Made by a program: the position numbers and the translations under genes
Notes under the pieces: model-generated
Told to the model about the DNA's origin: nothing
Database searches by the model: none
Seen by the model: only the letters and a program-made list of their open reading frames with translations
Shown: positions 13,022 through 26,229 of the stretch, one piece after another
How the letters are laid out: each line of letters opens with the position of its first letter
Position numbering within the stretch: position 1 is the first letter of the stretch
Assembly: GCF_006345805.1 (NCBI RefSeq)
Contig: NC_043002.1
Location: forward strand, 57,784,001 to 57,848,000
Source of the DNA: Octopus sinensis
Taxonomy: Eukaryota
DNA length: 64,000 nucleotides
Direction of reading: 5' to 3'

Positions 13022-13416
13022 AACACAGGAATGGAGGGCTGAAAATTTTCACGATCACATAATCCCTAACATTTGGCCTTCTAATTCCCCAGATCTCAAT
13101 CCATTGGACTATTACACGTGGAGCGTTGTTGAGAGAGTGGTCAATAAACTCACCTATAGTATTAAAGATTCTTTGGAAGCTGCCATAGTCAGAGTAATGT
13201 CCAAGATAAATCAGGATCACTTGATTCGAGTATGTAGATGATTTAAATCTAGTATAGAAGCAGTTGTTGAATCTGAAGGCGACTATATTGAATAACATTA
13301 TAGAAAAGGTTTATTTTTATCCTCATAGCATTTTTTGATAAATACAGTTATCTGTTACTATATATCTGTATTATTATAAATATAAATCTGTCCTCAAATA
13401 TCTTACGCACCCTGTA
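13022..13416 (+). mobile_element. mariner/maT-like transposon 3' end with right TIR
   Basis: WPSNSPDLNPLDYYTWSVVER...EAVVESEGDYIE* followed by a TIR ending CACCCTG|TA. Confidence 0.8.
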
Positions 13417-13418
13417 TA

Positions 13419-13504
<86 letters not shown>

Positions 13505-13512
13505 CATATATA

Positions 13513-13540
13513 TACAGGGTGCGTAAGATATTTGAGGACA
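13513..13540 (+). repeat. Isolated second copy of the mariner TIR, inverted, across a (TA)n tract
   Basis: tacagggtgcgtaagatatttgaggaca is the exact 28/28 reverse complement of 13389-13416. Confidence 0.85.
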
Positions 13541-13568
13541 TATATATACATACACACATACACACACA

Positions 13569-13673
<105 letters not shown>

Positions 13674-15163
13674 ATATATATAAAGAAAACAGAAAATAGA
13701 GAAATATTCATGAATAACAATTGACCTATATCAATTATTATTTATTAATTCAATACAAATAGACTGCATCCCATCTCAAAGCTGTTTCTGCTTCCAATGT
13801 TCTATGGTATTGCTATTGATAGGTTAAACAATATGTATCATATTTGGTAATAAAGCTGATCTGAAACCTGGAGCTTCATCAGAGTGAAGAATAAATAAAA
13901 AAGACCCTAGAGAAGAAAAAGGAAAAGTTGAATATGGTTATAATAATACCATTTTGCTTGTGTATCTCTTTGAGGCGTCAAGTGAATAACTAAGCTTCAA
14001 ATAGTATTTGGTGTGTTATCCTTTGTACGGGGGGCAGAGGATTGATAAATAATAAAAAATAATAGTCTAATAGGTTTTAGTCGAAGAAGGGTTGAATGTA
14101 CAATAAGGTTTTTAATTAGTCGTGATAATTTTTTAATAACTATGCTTATAGTACTCATTAATACTATTTAACATAAAAAAGTGCTAATCGTTTAAATGAA
14201 ATTTTTTACTTACTAGTAGGGGATTAAGCCCATCCATCTGTTGTCCGAAGTGTGATAGACCAAGGTCCAGCGTTCGATATAACTGGACAGCTATTGAAAC
14301 AGTTATATGGGGTAAGATAAATAAATAAATGAATGGGTAAATGGTATATTTTGTAAGGGGCCTAAAAACGCTTAAGACAATATATACTAGATTTTAAAAA
14401 TAAATACTATGGAATAAATAAGGCTAATATATCATTAATATTAAGAGAGATACCTTTTTGGTCATCTAGGAATTAAGACGGTTGTGAGGAAAGTGTTCCA
14501 AAAGGTTTTAAAATCAAAATAGGAATGTGAAATTTGTAAAAGCACCGAAAAAACTTATTCCGTAGTAAAATTAAGGAAAATATTTATGGATAAGGGGAGG
14601 TAATAACTAGGGTAAGTAGCCTAAATTGGAAGATTATAAAGTCACAAATCAGACTGTGCACCTAATCAGCTAATTGGCTAAGCAATCTATAAATCAGTCA
14701 GCCTAGTTGACAATTAAATATGTAAAAGTAAACATCCCTAATTTAATTAAATCAATGATTATAAATTTAAAAAATAAAATACTTGCAATTTATTTTTTAC
14801 AGATACAAGCTCTAATTACAATTTACTCATGCATTCATACAAAAAAAATTACCATACATATACATGCGTATGCACACAGATAAATATTCATATATGTATA
14901 TACACCTATATACACTTACATACACATACGCACACTCACATACAATATCCATACACTCAAGTACAAACATGCCTATATATCCAATCAATCTTATATATAT
15001 GTATAGGAGTGGGTATGTGGTAAATAGATTGCTTACCAACCACATGGTTGCGGGTTCAGTCCCGCTGCGTGGACCCTTGGGAAAGTGTTTTCTGATGCCT
15101 TCTGAAAGTGCCCATTAATGCCTTCTGAACGGATTTGGTGGAGAGAAGCTGAAAGAAGCCGTC

Positions 15164-15222
<59 letters not shown>

Positions 15223-15428
15223 TTAAGAAGAAAATGGAGAAATTTTTCATTTCTGCTTAATTCAAATTTGATTCTGATAAACTCTTATTTATCTTTGTTA
15301 TTGTCCGTATTTTATGAGCATTATATGCTTGCATATATATGCCCAGGTTTAACATAAGTAATGTATACTGGTTGCAAAATGGATATTCATATCCCTTAGA
15401 CGGTTATGCCAGCCGCTAACTCTACTAA

Positions 15429-15471
<43 letters not shown>

Positions 15472-15762
15472 GTATATACATATATATACATATATATATA
15501 TCTACATATATATAGAAACACACACACACATATATATATAACTAACGTAGGATAAGATTTTTTTCGAAAGAAAAATTTTTTATCAATGGCCAGCATATCA
15601 AAAAATACCTTTAAAGGTTAAATTTATAAATAACTTATAAAATAAGAGCAAGAGAAAAAGTCTAATGCCAAATATGACGAAAAAAAGACAAAATTGTCAA
15701 TAACCATTATAATTTATGCGTCTCGAAACATGCCGATAGAAATTTCTAAAAAATTCCGTTAT

Positions 15763-15820
15763 AACCGTATTGGTCCCAATTTCGGGTTAATTCATAAGAA
15801 TTTTGCCCTCGTCAGCGATT
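15763..15820 (-). ncRNA. Type I hammerhead ribozyme (intact core, AUA site)
   Basis: Minus strand: aatcg CTGACGA GGG caaaattcttatgaattaa CCC GAAA TTGG ga CCAA TA cggtt; helices I, II and III all pair. Confidence 0.8.
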
Positions 15821-16232
15821 GATACGTAAGACATAAATGGAATACTTACTCATACCCATGGAAAAAACAAGCACTAAGTCCTGAGCAGACCTAAGTACCC
15901 CAAATATATCCAAAATAGAAAATCTTCAGCACATCTCGAGACACGTGTGATTCGATCTAGAAACTTTCATAGAGTGAGAGAATCCGGAAGTGAACACTAT
16001 TAAATTTATAACTAATGTAGGATAAGATTTTTTTCGAAAGAAAAAATTTTTATCAATGGCCAGCATATCAAAAACTACCTTTAAAGGTCAAATTTATAAA
16101 TAACTTATAAGATAAGGGCAAGAGAAAAATTCTAATGCCAAATATGCCGAAAAAAAGACAAAATTGTCAATAACCATTATAATTTATGCGTCTCGAAACA
16201 TGCCGATAGAAATTTCTAAAAAATTCCGTTAT

Positions 16233-16283
16233 AACCGTATTGGTCCCAATTTCGGGGTAAGAATTTTCCCCTCGTCAGCGATT
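16233..16283 (-). ncRNA. Type I hammerhead ribozyme (intact core, AUA site)
   Basis: Minus strand: aatcg CTGACGA GGGG aaaattctta CCCC GAAA TTGG ga CCAA TA cggtt. Confidence 0.8.
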
Positions 16284-16436
16284 AATACGTAAGACATAAA
16301 TGGAATGTTTTAGACATTTCTATCGGCATGTTTCGAGACGCGTAAATTATAATGGTTATTGACAATTTTGTCTTTTTTTCGGCATATTTGGCATTAGAAT
16401 TTTTCTCTTGCCCTTATTTTATAAGTTATTTATAAA

Positions 16437-16571
<135 letters not shown>

Positions 16572-16611
16572 ATTTATCTATCTATCTATCTGTTTATCTA
16601 TCTATCTATCT

Positions 16612-16850
16612 TTACTCGTTTATTACTATTCTTATTCTGATGTCCAGTATCCGCTCATGTTCGTTGTCCGAAAATCTTTCGTCACATATCTGATCTCCTC
16701 AGCTACAATTTCCGCCTTCGTGTGTGCTCTTACTTTGCTTAGTCCATTTTCCGGAAATGTATATGAGCAGACAATGGACATAAGTTAGAATAAGAACAGT
16801 AATAAATGAGTGAAGTACGAATATATAGTGCGTGTGCTTATTTAGCAAAA
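16612..16850. mobile_element. Degenerate copy of the palindromic HHR element family (see 42569-42885)
   Basis: Minus-strand CTGAGGAG...GTGAC GAAAGATTT T CGGACA at 16665-16706; inverted arms about 16612-16650 and 16770-16810; tail atatagtgcgtgtgcttatttagc shared with 42860-42885. Confidence 0.55.
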
Positions 16851-17129
16851 AAAATTACCATCCTAAAACAATCGTCTTGGCCCAACGGCCCTTAATGTTT
16901 GTCTTCGTCTGTACGTCCACTCTGTTGATGTTTGTTCGTTCGAAGCCCTGCCTCTTCACAAATTTTATATTTTAAAAATTCCTGGATGCTACTGTCTATG
17001 AACTTTTCCTATCTTGTCGTTGAAAGCTCGAAATAGGGAGTAATAAACAGTCGACAACTGAGGAGGAGTTAGACTTCTGTTGGTATTTTGTCCCGTACTT
17101 GCCTCTCGTTATTTGTCTCTCTTCTATAT

Positions 17130-17450
17130 AACTAAAAATTGCATGTACTCCATCCAATGCAGCTGTGGTAGGTTATACAAAGGCGAAAGAAGCCGCCCTC
17201 CTCAAAATAATGGTAGACGAACATCGCAAAGCTGTGTCACGTGGAGATATTGATAAATCAGGTATAGTTGATCATGTATGGAAAAATGGAGACCACTTCC
17301 CCCTGTGGGATGAGAACCCAGGTTCAAAATTTTCCCAAGACACCTGATGAAAGCTGGAGGGTATATCAGCCGAAACGTTGCGTTAACAATAAACAAGATG
17401 ATGACAAATAACCGTCAAAAGTAAATAATGTAAATAATGTAATATCTCGT
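17130..17450 (+). mobile_element. Penelope-like 3' fragment: GIY-YIG remnant plus pLTR with minimal HHR (17340-17383)
   Basis: DEHRKAVSRGDIDKSGIVDHVWKNGDHFPLWDE, then acac CTGATGA a agctgg agggtata tcagcc GAAA CG T T gcgt (ACGU palindromic helix III; mismatches in helices I and II). Confidence 0.7.
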
Positions 17451-17948
17451 GTGTTATATAATGTAATATCTCGATGGTGATATCCTGTACTTAATGTGCA
17501 TTTTATATATATATATATATATTATATAAGGGTAATAGGAGGTAGCTTACATCTTTCTCTTGCAGTTACTATTTTGTAATTCCTATTAACAAATGAAACA
17601 CGTGTAATGGTAAATAAATAATACTGACATTTCTTCCAATGTCGTTCTTGATAATGTATGTGTGTATGTATGTGTGTACGGGTGTGCCTGTGTGTATGTG
17701 TTTGTCTCAACATGAATGCAACAAATAGATATTTGTTGTAAATATCACACACGCACATATACCCATATATATGCATACATACTTATAGATATATATACAT
17801 ACATACATATAGACATGCATACCACACACACACATACATACATACACACACATACATACATACATACATACATACATACATACATACATGCATACATACA
17901 TACATACATACATACATACATACATACATACATACATACATACATACA

Positions 17949-17981
<33 letters not shown>

Positions 17982-18639
17982 TTCGCTTCGATAATTTCTG
18001 TAAAGCATCTGTATGAAATATTTGCATCTTAATACAAAGTGGCGTTTTGCAAATTTGCATACAAATACCAATTCTTCAGGGACTGTCAGAAACTAATGTA
18101 AAAGAAATTATGCATAAACGGTGAACGAATCAACATTAATAAAGAAATATTCTATGACTATTGGAATACTAAAGACAATATTTATAAGATAACCAGGCTG
18201 GCATGTTTTGCGTTCGAAAGTCCACGTTATTTTTACATGTACTTTTGACGAGAGAACATCCATGATGAAGGCTAAACTGTAAAGGTTACAAGATTATACT
18301 CCCGATAAAATGAAGCTGAGACAAGATTTTAGTTCTTCGAAACGGAAATTCCACTTCAATTGTGTCTTTATCTTCTGCTCTTTGTGGAAAGACACGGACT
18401 TTACACGATCTTTGTGTCTCTTATGGTGCTTAGCTATAAATCTTCGGTATTTTTTTTATCAATGTAGTATAGATTAAAACACTTTCCAATATAGGTCTGC
18501 GAAATTCAGTGTATATGTGCTTGCTTGCTTATGAATGGCATCCTCTGGTTTAGAGAATGAGAGCAAACGATGATATATAAACATATGTAAATATATATAT
18601 ATATGTGTGTGTGGTGTTTGTGTGCGCGTGTTTGTGTAG

Positions 18640-18681
<42 letters not shown>

Positions 18682-18732
18682 TATATATATATGTATATAT
18701 ATGTCTATATATGCATATATGTATATACATAC

Positions 18733-18806
<74 letters not shown>

Positions 18807-19052
18807 CATATACATATATACATGTACATATATGTATTGCTATAGATATAAGTATATGAAAAAGTACATATTTATAATATATATAACGTACATACGATTA
18901 ATATATATATATCATATTTCATAACTATATCCACACATAAAATTCATGATATATCTATATGCAAAATATATATTTATTACATATATGTAATATGCTAATT
19001 TTACACACCACACACACACACACACATGTGTGTGTGTGGGCGTGTGTATATA

Positions 19053-19110
<58 letters not shown>

Positions 19111-20374
19111 AACAGTTAAAAATGAGGGTGTCTAAATGACACCAACATGCCGAAATAGCAGTCGAAACTCTGACTATAAAACCACGTTAAATGTTCATAT
19201 CGCACCTTTGTAAGGTATTTCTTTCATGCTGGCCACTTGATAATTTCGACACTTAAATATCGATATTATCCTCATATATAAATTTATATATATATATATA
19301 TACATGAACACACTTGTGTATAGATAGATAAATAGATCGATCGATAGTTAGATACATTGATACATTTTATATATATATATACTTAGATACATGCTCACAA
19401 ATATTTACATATACATACGATAACAGACACAGACACACCCATACTCATGTAGCACACACCACACACACACACACACATAACATGGTTGACGTCAAAAGCA
19501 TTTAGAAACTTCATGATAACGTAAAATAATTTTTGTCTTGTCTTTTGGACGATGATACTCGAAGCAGATAAAGCTATAAATAATAGCCTTCGACTTTTTC
19601 TATTCGGAGAGGTTCTAATCCAATATTTACACGCTATCATTTACTCCTTTATCTTATTCCACTTTGACCATTTGTAAAGTTATATGTATACATACAGACA
19701 AACAAACATACATACATACATACATACATACATACATACATACATACATACCAACATACCAACATACATACATACATACATACCAACATACACACATACC
19801 TATATATAAATGTACATACATACATAGATATATACCTAGATACATACATACTTATACACAGATACATGCATACAAACATACATACATGCATATATATATA
19901 TATATATATATAATACATACATACATACATACATACATACATACATACATACATACACAAACATATATATGTGTTGCGTGTTTCCGTGCGTGTGTGTCTG
20001 TATGTGTGCGTACGTGTATGTGAGTATGCATGCATGTATAAAAGTCAATGTAATTCTTCTTTTAAAACAATCACGCCATTTTTAAAGAATCTTTCCTAAA
20101 TTTCTTTGGGATATCCAGCTGTCCAAAAGCAATCAAGAACTAAACATGATTCTGGGAAAGAGACAATGAAAGACTGATAGCTGTAATGAAGTGTTAATCT
20201 CCCCCCCCCTTCCTTCACTCTCGCACATGAATTCTTTCTCTCGTTCACACATATACCCCACACAGATTTTCTCGTCCATATCTCATAGTCGTCAGTCTAA
20301 TTTATTAAAATTCGTCATCTAAAAATTATGCCTTTGACATCTTAGTATAATGTTCAAAATGGAAGAGTGAATGT

Positions 20375-20775
20375 AATATATTCTGCTGGCAAAAACGTTA
20401 GCACGCCTGGCGAAATGCTTAGTGGTATGTCGTCTGCCGCTACGTTCTGAGTTCAAATTCCGCCGAGGTCGACTTTGTCTTTCATTCTTTCGGGGTCGAT
20501 TAAATAAGTACCAGTTACGCCCTGGGGGTCGATATAATCGACTTAATCCGTTTGTCTGTTCTTGTTTGTCCCCTCTGTGTTTAGCCCCTTGTGGGTAGTA
20601 AAGAAATAGAAATAGGTATTTCGTCTATCTTTGCGTTCTGAGTTCAAATTCCGCCGAGGTCGACTTTGCCTTTCATGCTTTCGGGGTCGATAAATTAAAT
20701 ACAAGCTGCATACTGGGATCCATCTAATCGACTGGGGCGCTCTCCCAAAATTTCGGGCCTTGTGCCTAGAATAGA
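20375..20775 (+). mobile_element. tRNA-derived SINE family B, dimer with two different tails
   Basis: B box GAGTTCAAATTCC twice; tail 1 ...AGCCCCTTGTGGGTAGTAAAGAAATAGG joined to TATTTCGTC of the second head; tail 2 ...GGGCCTTGTGCCTAGAATAGAAAAG. Confidence 0.85.
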
Positions 20776-20999
20776 AAAGAATATTTTTTGTAAGTGCTTC
20801 ATATTTGAATACATCTATAAAATATTCAAGTGCTGTGTTCTATGAATCGGATTGTTTTAGGTTTGGCGCTGTTGTGCCATGGCCCTTCCTTTAACTGCAA
20901 TCTCCAACGTCAGATATATGGAAGAAAAATGACGAATGATGACCCGTCAGAACTCTTAATTGTATATTATGATAAACTTCCAATCGCGAGACCTGGTTA

Positions 21000-21480
21000 A
21001 TGTGACAGACCCAAGGTATTCCATGAGTGAGCCTTTGTACCATTTCTTTGGTTTTTACCTGCCACTGTGGCTAGTAGAGAGCGTTCACAGACAACACAAT
21101 TCTGGACAACCGATCATATTTAATCCTTGAATCATACCATGTTTAGCAGAGGTATCACTTTAACGCTGCAGCACCGGGGCTGGTGACTTCTGCCTGGTAC
21201 GGGACTTAGATTTTCGTAGTTCATTTATACTCCATAATTATATGTCATCACCAAGTCAATGTTATTAGCCTTTCACCCACCTCTTTTCTATAATCCTTTT
21301 TGGTGGACAGCAGGGGAACCTCGAACTTGAGATATTCATGCACTTTTTTTGGTTGCATCGGGAGTTCCCACACGAAATTTCATAAGAATTCGCCATCATC
21401 TGGTGACGTCGTTTCAGTAGTATGACATAAAGCATCAACTTTTTCTATAATTGTTTCATGCACAAATAGATTGACCAGTC
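21000..21480 (-). pseudogene. Highly degenerate mariner-like transposase fragment
   Basis: Stop-ridden minus-strand peptides (ETIIEKVDAL, VHEYLKFEVP) resemble the mariner HTH2/linker region. Confidence 0.35.
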
Positions 21481-21764
21481 GTGACTTCAAATCCATTGCT
21501 GTGGTACTGTGTGATCTGTGTTCCCTGCTGCATGTGTTCTGGAAATTACGTTGACGATACGTGTCTGAGGAATACTCGGCCCCTTACGCATAAATTCAGC
21601 CATTGTTGTTGGTTTTACGATATTATTACCGATATGGCCGAATGGCTAAAAGGTTTGCGTTTCTATCTACTGGTCAATCTATTTGTCATACTACAATATA
21701 TGTCATACTACTGTGTTCCCTGCTGGTGTATGCAATATAGCTTGTGAAGGCAGCGAGCTGGCAG

Positions 21765-21925
21765 AATCGTTAGACCCCCGGGCGAAATGCTTAGCGGTAT
21801 TTCTTCCGCCGTTCATCCTTTTGCGGTTGATAAATTAAGTACCAGTTGCGTACTGGGATTGATCTAATCGACTGGCCCCTTCCCCAAAATTTCAGGCCTT
21901 CTGCCTATAGTAGAAAAGAACATAA
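21765..21925 (+). mobile_element. SINE family B (tail 2), internally deleted
   Basis: AAGGCAGCGAGCTGGCAGAATCGTTAG head and tail-2 sequence. Confidence 0.8.
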
Positions 21926-22339
21926 CTTATGAGGATGAACCCGAGTCTTGCTAAAAGAAAGCAGCGAGCTGAGAAACTGGGCTACTTTCTGGAATTGATA
22001 AATAAAATGATGGTTTCACAAATTCTTTACTGAAGTTGGTTCTATGAAAGTTGATGCCATGAATTAAGCCGTACCTGAACTTAGCTACTTACAGGAGAAG
22101 AGGAACAGTTCTTGATTAAACTGAATTCAAGTGAAATCTACTCGTCTCAAGAATGATTTGATAAGTGAATTTTCTAGAATCTCTCCACCACTGGTTGACA
22201 ATAACACTGAGAAATAGAAACAAACAACAATGTAATAAAAACAAGTAAATAGATTTTAATGCAATTTTCTTTTTCATATTCTATTCATTATTTTTATTCG
22301 TTATATTTTATTTGTTGTTTTCTTTATATTACAGTTGTG

Positions 22340-22660
22340 AAGGTAGGTGGCCCAATGGTTACGGTATTCAGCTCATGACTGTAATGTCGTGAGTTCGATT
22401 ACTGGCGGTGCATTGGGTCCTTGGGCAAGACACTTTATTTCACGTTGCTCCAGTTCATTTAGCAAACATAAAATGAGTAGTACCTGTAATTCGAAAAGAT
22501 GGCCTTGTCACACTCAGTCTTACGCTGGATCTCCCCGAGAAACACGTGAAGGGCACTCGCTTCTGTGGAGTACTCAGTCACTTACACGTTAATTACACGA
22601 TCTGGATGTTTCGATGATCAAATCAAATGGAGAAGTTATCGTCGTAACCGACGGAGACCC
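22340..22660 (+). mobile_element. SINE family C
   Basis: A box TGGCCCAATGG, B box GAGTTCGATTAC, CTTGGGCAAGACACTTTATTTCACGTTGCTCCAGTTCA domain. Confidence 0.75.
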
Positions 22661-22810
22661 AGGTTCTAGTAGTCAGTCATTTGTAGCTACGTTTCCTTCT
22701 TTTATTTCCCGCAGTCAGTAGAGCCTCTTTATGTCTCCAATAACAAACAAAATGGCGAGGCAAAAATGATTTCGCAATAAAACTGTGTAGATGTATGACT
22801 TAACGCAGAG

Positions 22811-22943
22811 ACGTGGAAAGACCATTGGCGGTAATAATTGTTTCGGAAGAGAAATTCTCTGTATAGACAATGTTTGCGAAAACACATCGAACTAGGTTGA
22901 ATTTCTCTTCCGAGACAATTATCGGAGCGAAGGTCCTCCACGT
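22811..22943. repeat. Long imperfect hairpin (MITE-like)
   Basis: 22835-22857 vs 22899-22921 reverse complementary with 1 mismatch in 23; outer arms 22811-22823 and 22932-22943. Confidence 0.6.
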
Positions 22944-23138
22944 TTGAATAGAGTGGACATGTTAAATATAAACGTTGGCAGCTTTATTCTAATCATCGCT
23001 GTTTTGTGTTACTTTAATTAATATGATTTCGACACGATTAAACAAAGCGGTTACGAACGCTTAATAATGAGTAAAAAAAACAACTATTTGATTCGAAACA
23101 GAATTATGTAGCCATAAGCAAATGTATGTATATATATG

Positions 23139-23172
<34 letters not shown>

Positions 23173-23263
23173 TGTATGTATGATGTATGTATGTATGTAT
23201 GTATGTAGTATGTATGTATGTATGTATGTATGTATGTATGTATGTATGTACATAATATGCATG

Positions 23264-23338
<75 letters not shown>

Positions 23339-23341
<3 letters not shown>

Positions 23342-23538
23342 AGAATTCACAAAAAAAGACAAAAGACGAAGACAGGTGGTGTAGACAACAAACAGATGCA
23401 TTAGTTTAACACTCGGGAAGTGAAAAAGTCTTTAACGTTTCGAGCCTACACTCTTCCACAGAAAGGAACAAATTAAGAAAGAAGGAGAGAAAATAAAGAA
23501 TGTGTAGTGGCTAGCGATCTATCATGGCGAATGATACG

Positions 23539-23540
<2 letters not shown>
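23339..23540 (-). mobile_element. Solo Penelope pLTR 3' end with U6-variant HHR (23430-23465), ending in (TA)n
   Basis: Minus strand cttt CTGTGGA a gagt gtag gctc GAAA CG T T aaag; homologous to 46332-46537 and 51200-51411. Confidence 0.7.
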
Positions 23541-23581
<41 letters not shown>

Positions 23582-23689
23582 TATATATATATACCAGTAT
23601 AGATATATATATATCCTCACAAATATATACATATATATACATTCATACACACACACACTTTAATCTAAAGGGATATTCTATACTTTTGT

Positions 23690-24130
23690 AGAGAATAAAT
23701 TCATTATTCTTAAACAAGAATCTCATTAACAGGGAATTCGAAGTTTCTAGAAGGTAAGCCATCGTCGGACTGCAATGCGTTGAAGTTAATCTTTGTTTAT
23801 ATAGTGCCTGTTGACTTACAATTTTCCTTGGGTATGTTGGTTTGGTTACAGTGGTAATTAGATTGTAGGATGGGCTGTGATGGAGAGGTGTTTTGGGAGA
23901 TATATCCGTTGATTAAATTTTTTAAAATGTATTCATGCATTTACAACTTTGTAAACAGTAGTGTCTGTGTAGGCGTGTCAGGTTCAGGTCATGGGATTGT
24001 CTTTTAGTGGTTCAAAATAAGGATGTATGTAGGTGTATGAACACTTTTGATCAACGGATGTGCCAGCAATTTTTTGTTTTATTCAATTTAATCTTTTGTT
24101 TTGACAATGTAAAGGTCGAATTTCAAAGTT
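23690..24130 (-). mobile_element. Possible ancient Penelope GIY-YIG region remnant
   Basis: Stop-ridden peptide CNQTNIPKENCKSTGTI resembles the Cys-rich segment preceding PLE GIY-YIG. Confidence 0.25.
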
Positions 24131-24238
24131 TAGCCCAGTATATAAAAGCTTAGTAATCAAGTGTGTCAACTCTTTGTAATGGGATTTTTTTACGCGTTCA
24201 CAAAAAAATGTAAGTAGGCAATACATATGTACATACGT

Positions 24239-24272
<34 letters not shown>

Positions 24273-24492
24273 GCACACACACAATCTAATGTAAAACTTT
24301 TGAAGAATGAAATATCGTAGTGTTCCGAGAATAGAAGTATATTTATGTATACTTTTCTGCGTCAAACAATCAGGAATTACAAACGGGAGCCTCAGTTTCG
24401 TTCTCTAATTAATCGATAAAGACTTCAAAGTTAGGCACAAGAGAGACAATCTTAGTATGATGGAAATAGACAATAAAACCGACGACAGTAAA

Positions 24493-24534
<42 letters not shown>

Positions 24535-25734
24535 GGGAGCATGCGCTGTAACAGCGCGTCACTGCTGCTGCCATTTGTTTGCGTCCACCTACCACTCCTG
24601 GTGTATGACGCCTCGGCACCACTCCACCCGATGGGTCTGTTTGAGGCAGTCGTTGCTGGTGAGGGTTTTTATGAGGACGGAGTACAAGTCCCACCTCAGC
24701 CTTTTTAGTCGGCTTTTACGACATGTAGCGGTAACGTTGAATGTATTCCTTGACATGCCGGTCCACACTGTTTTTTTTTATTATTGACACCGTAAGAACT
24801 GCAAAGCAACGTATATGTGAAAGGGTTAAAGCGATGTCCCTTCTAAATACCACAGGACATCGTTCTTCCATACACTGCGAAAAATATATAAAAATATAGA
24901 ATTGCAATAAAATTAAATTGATAAACTAAGTAGATAAATCAGTTGTGACATTTAAGCAGGATTCTTTTCTACTCTAATGGGCAAATATATTTTATACCTA
25001 CAAATATGTCTCCTAGTACGAACGAACAGACATGCATGCACGTATGCACGCATACACACACATGCGCACACACATACACACATGCCCACACACATACACA
25101 TGCATGCACATACACACAAACAGTATACACACACATGCACACATACATCGGCAAACTAGATTTGTATGTAAATAAATATGTCTGTGTGTGTATGTATGTG
25201 TGATATGTGTGTATGTATGTGTGCGTGTATGAATGTGTGTGTGTGTTTGCGTGTATGCGTGTGTGCGTGTATGTGTCTATGTGTATGTGTGTATGTGTAC
25301 GTGTGTGTATGTGTTCGCGTATGTGTGTGTATGTGTGTTTGCATGTTTGTGTGTGATTGTGTATGTGCGTGTGTGTATGTGTGCGTGTATGTGAGTGTGT
25401 GTGTTCATGCGTGTGTGTGTGAATGTGTGTGTCTCCATAAATTTTTGATCTTTTATGTTCACATGCTTCAGTCATTAGACTGCGGCCATACTGTAGCAAT
25501 GCCTTGAAGGATTTCAGACGAACGAAAGGACTCCACTACTCTTTACCCTTAATGACTGATGCTTATTCTATCGGTCTCTTTTGCTGAACGGGGACGTAAA
25601 CAAACCAATACAGGTTGGCAAGAAGTGATGGGGAACACATATCCACGCGCGCCCACACACACACACACGTATTTATATATCATGTGATCGACCACACGAT
25701 TGTATGTTGTTATATATCGCTGGTTACAATGCGC

Positions 25735-26070
25735 TTTGCAGGATTCTGGGTTCAGTCCCACTGCATGGTACCTTGATCAGATGTCCTCTACTATAGACTC
25801 GGGCCGACCAAAGCCTTGTGAGTGGATTAGGTAGACGGAAACTGAAAGAAGCCTGTTGTATACATATATGTGTGTATGTGGTGCTTATACCTGTGTTATC
25901 TTTTCCCATCACCGCTTGACAACCAGTGCTGGTGTGTTTACATCCCCATAACTTAGCGGTTCGGCAACTGAATCCAGTAGAATACGTCTTGGAGCCGATT
26001 CGTTCGACTAACATTCTTTAAGGCGTTGCCCCAGCATGGCTGCAGTCTAATCACTGAAACAATTACAAGA
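25735..26070 (+). mobile_element. SINE family A
   Basis: GGGTTCAGTCCCACTGCATGG head, central domain and tail; an opposite-strand tail fragment lies at about 25440-25640. Confidence 0.8.
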
Positions 26071-26229
26071 ATATAAGAATATTGAACAGAAGTTTCACAA
26101 GACTTAATTCATGGAAACCGTGATGATGAGAAGAAATTCAACTGAAGTGAGATTTGAACACGGAATTTCAATAGACCCAGTTATTCACTACAAAGGATTT
26201 CGTCGCAAACTTTACGGTTCCTGTCGTTC

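Noticed and set aside
13730-14820. AT-rich 1.1-kb block resembling a mitochondrial insertion (aagaccctag near 13900)
   Set aside because: No mitochondrial protein or rRNA motif could be followed; stop-ridden frames at most hint at an ancient L1-like C-terminus (RGLSPSICCPKC). Unresolved.
19130-19180. Possible decayed pLTR HHR (ctaaatgacaccaacatgccgaaatagcagtc)
   Set aside because: Core too damaged to support a call.
19470-19640. Minus-strand ORF KYWIRTSPNRKSRRLLFIAL...
   Set aside because: No strong splice sites; runs into a microsatellite.
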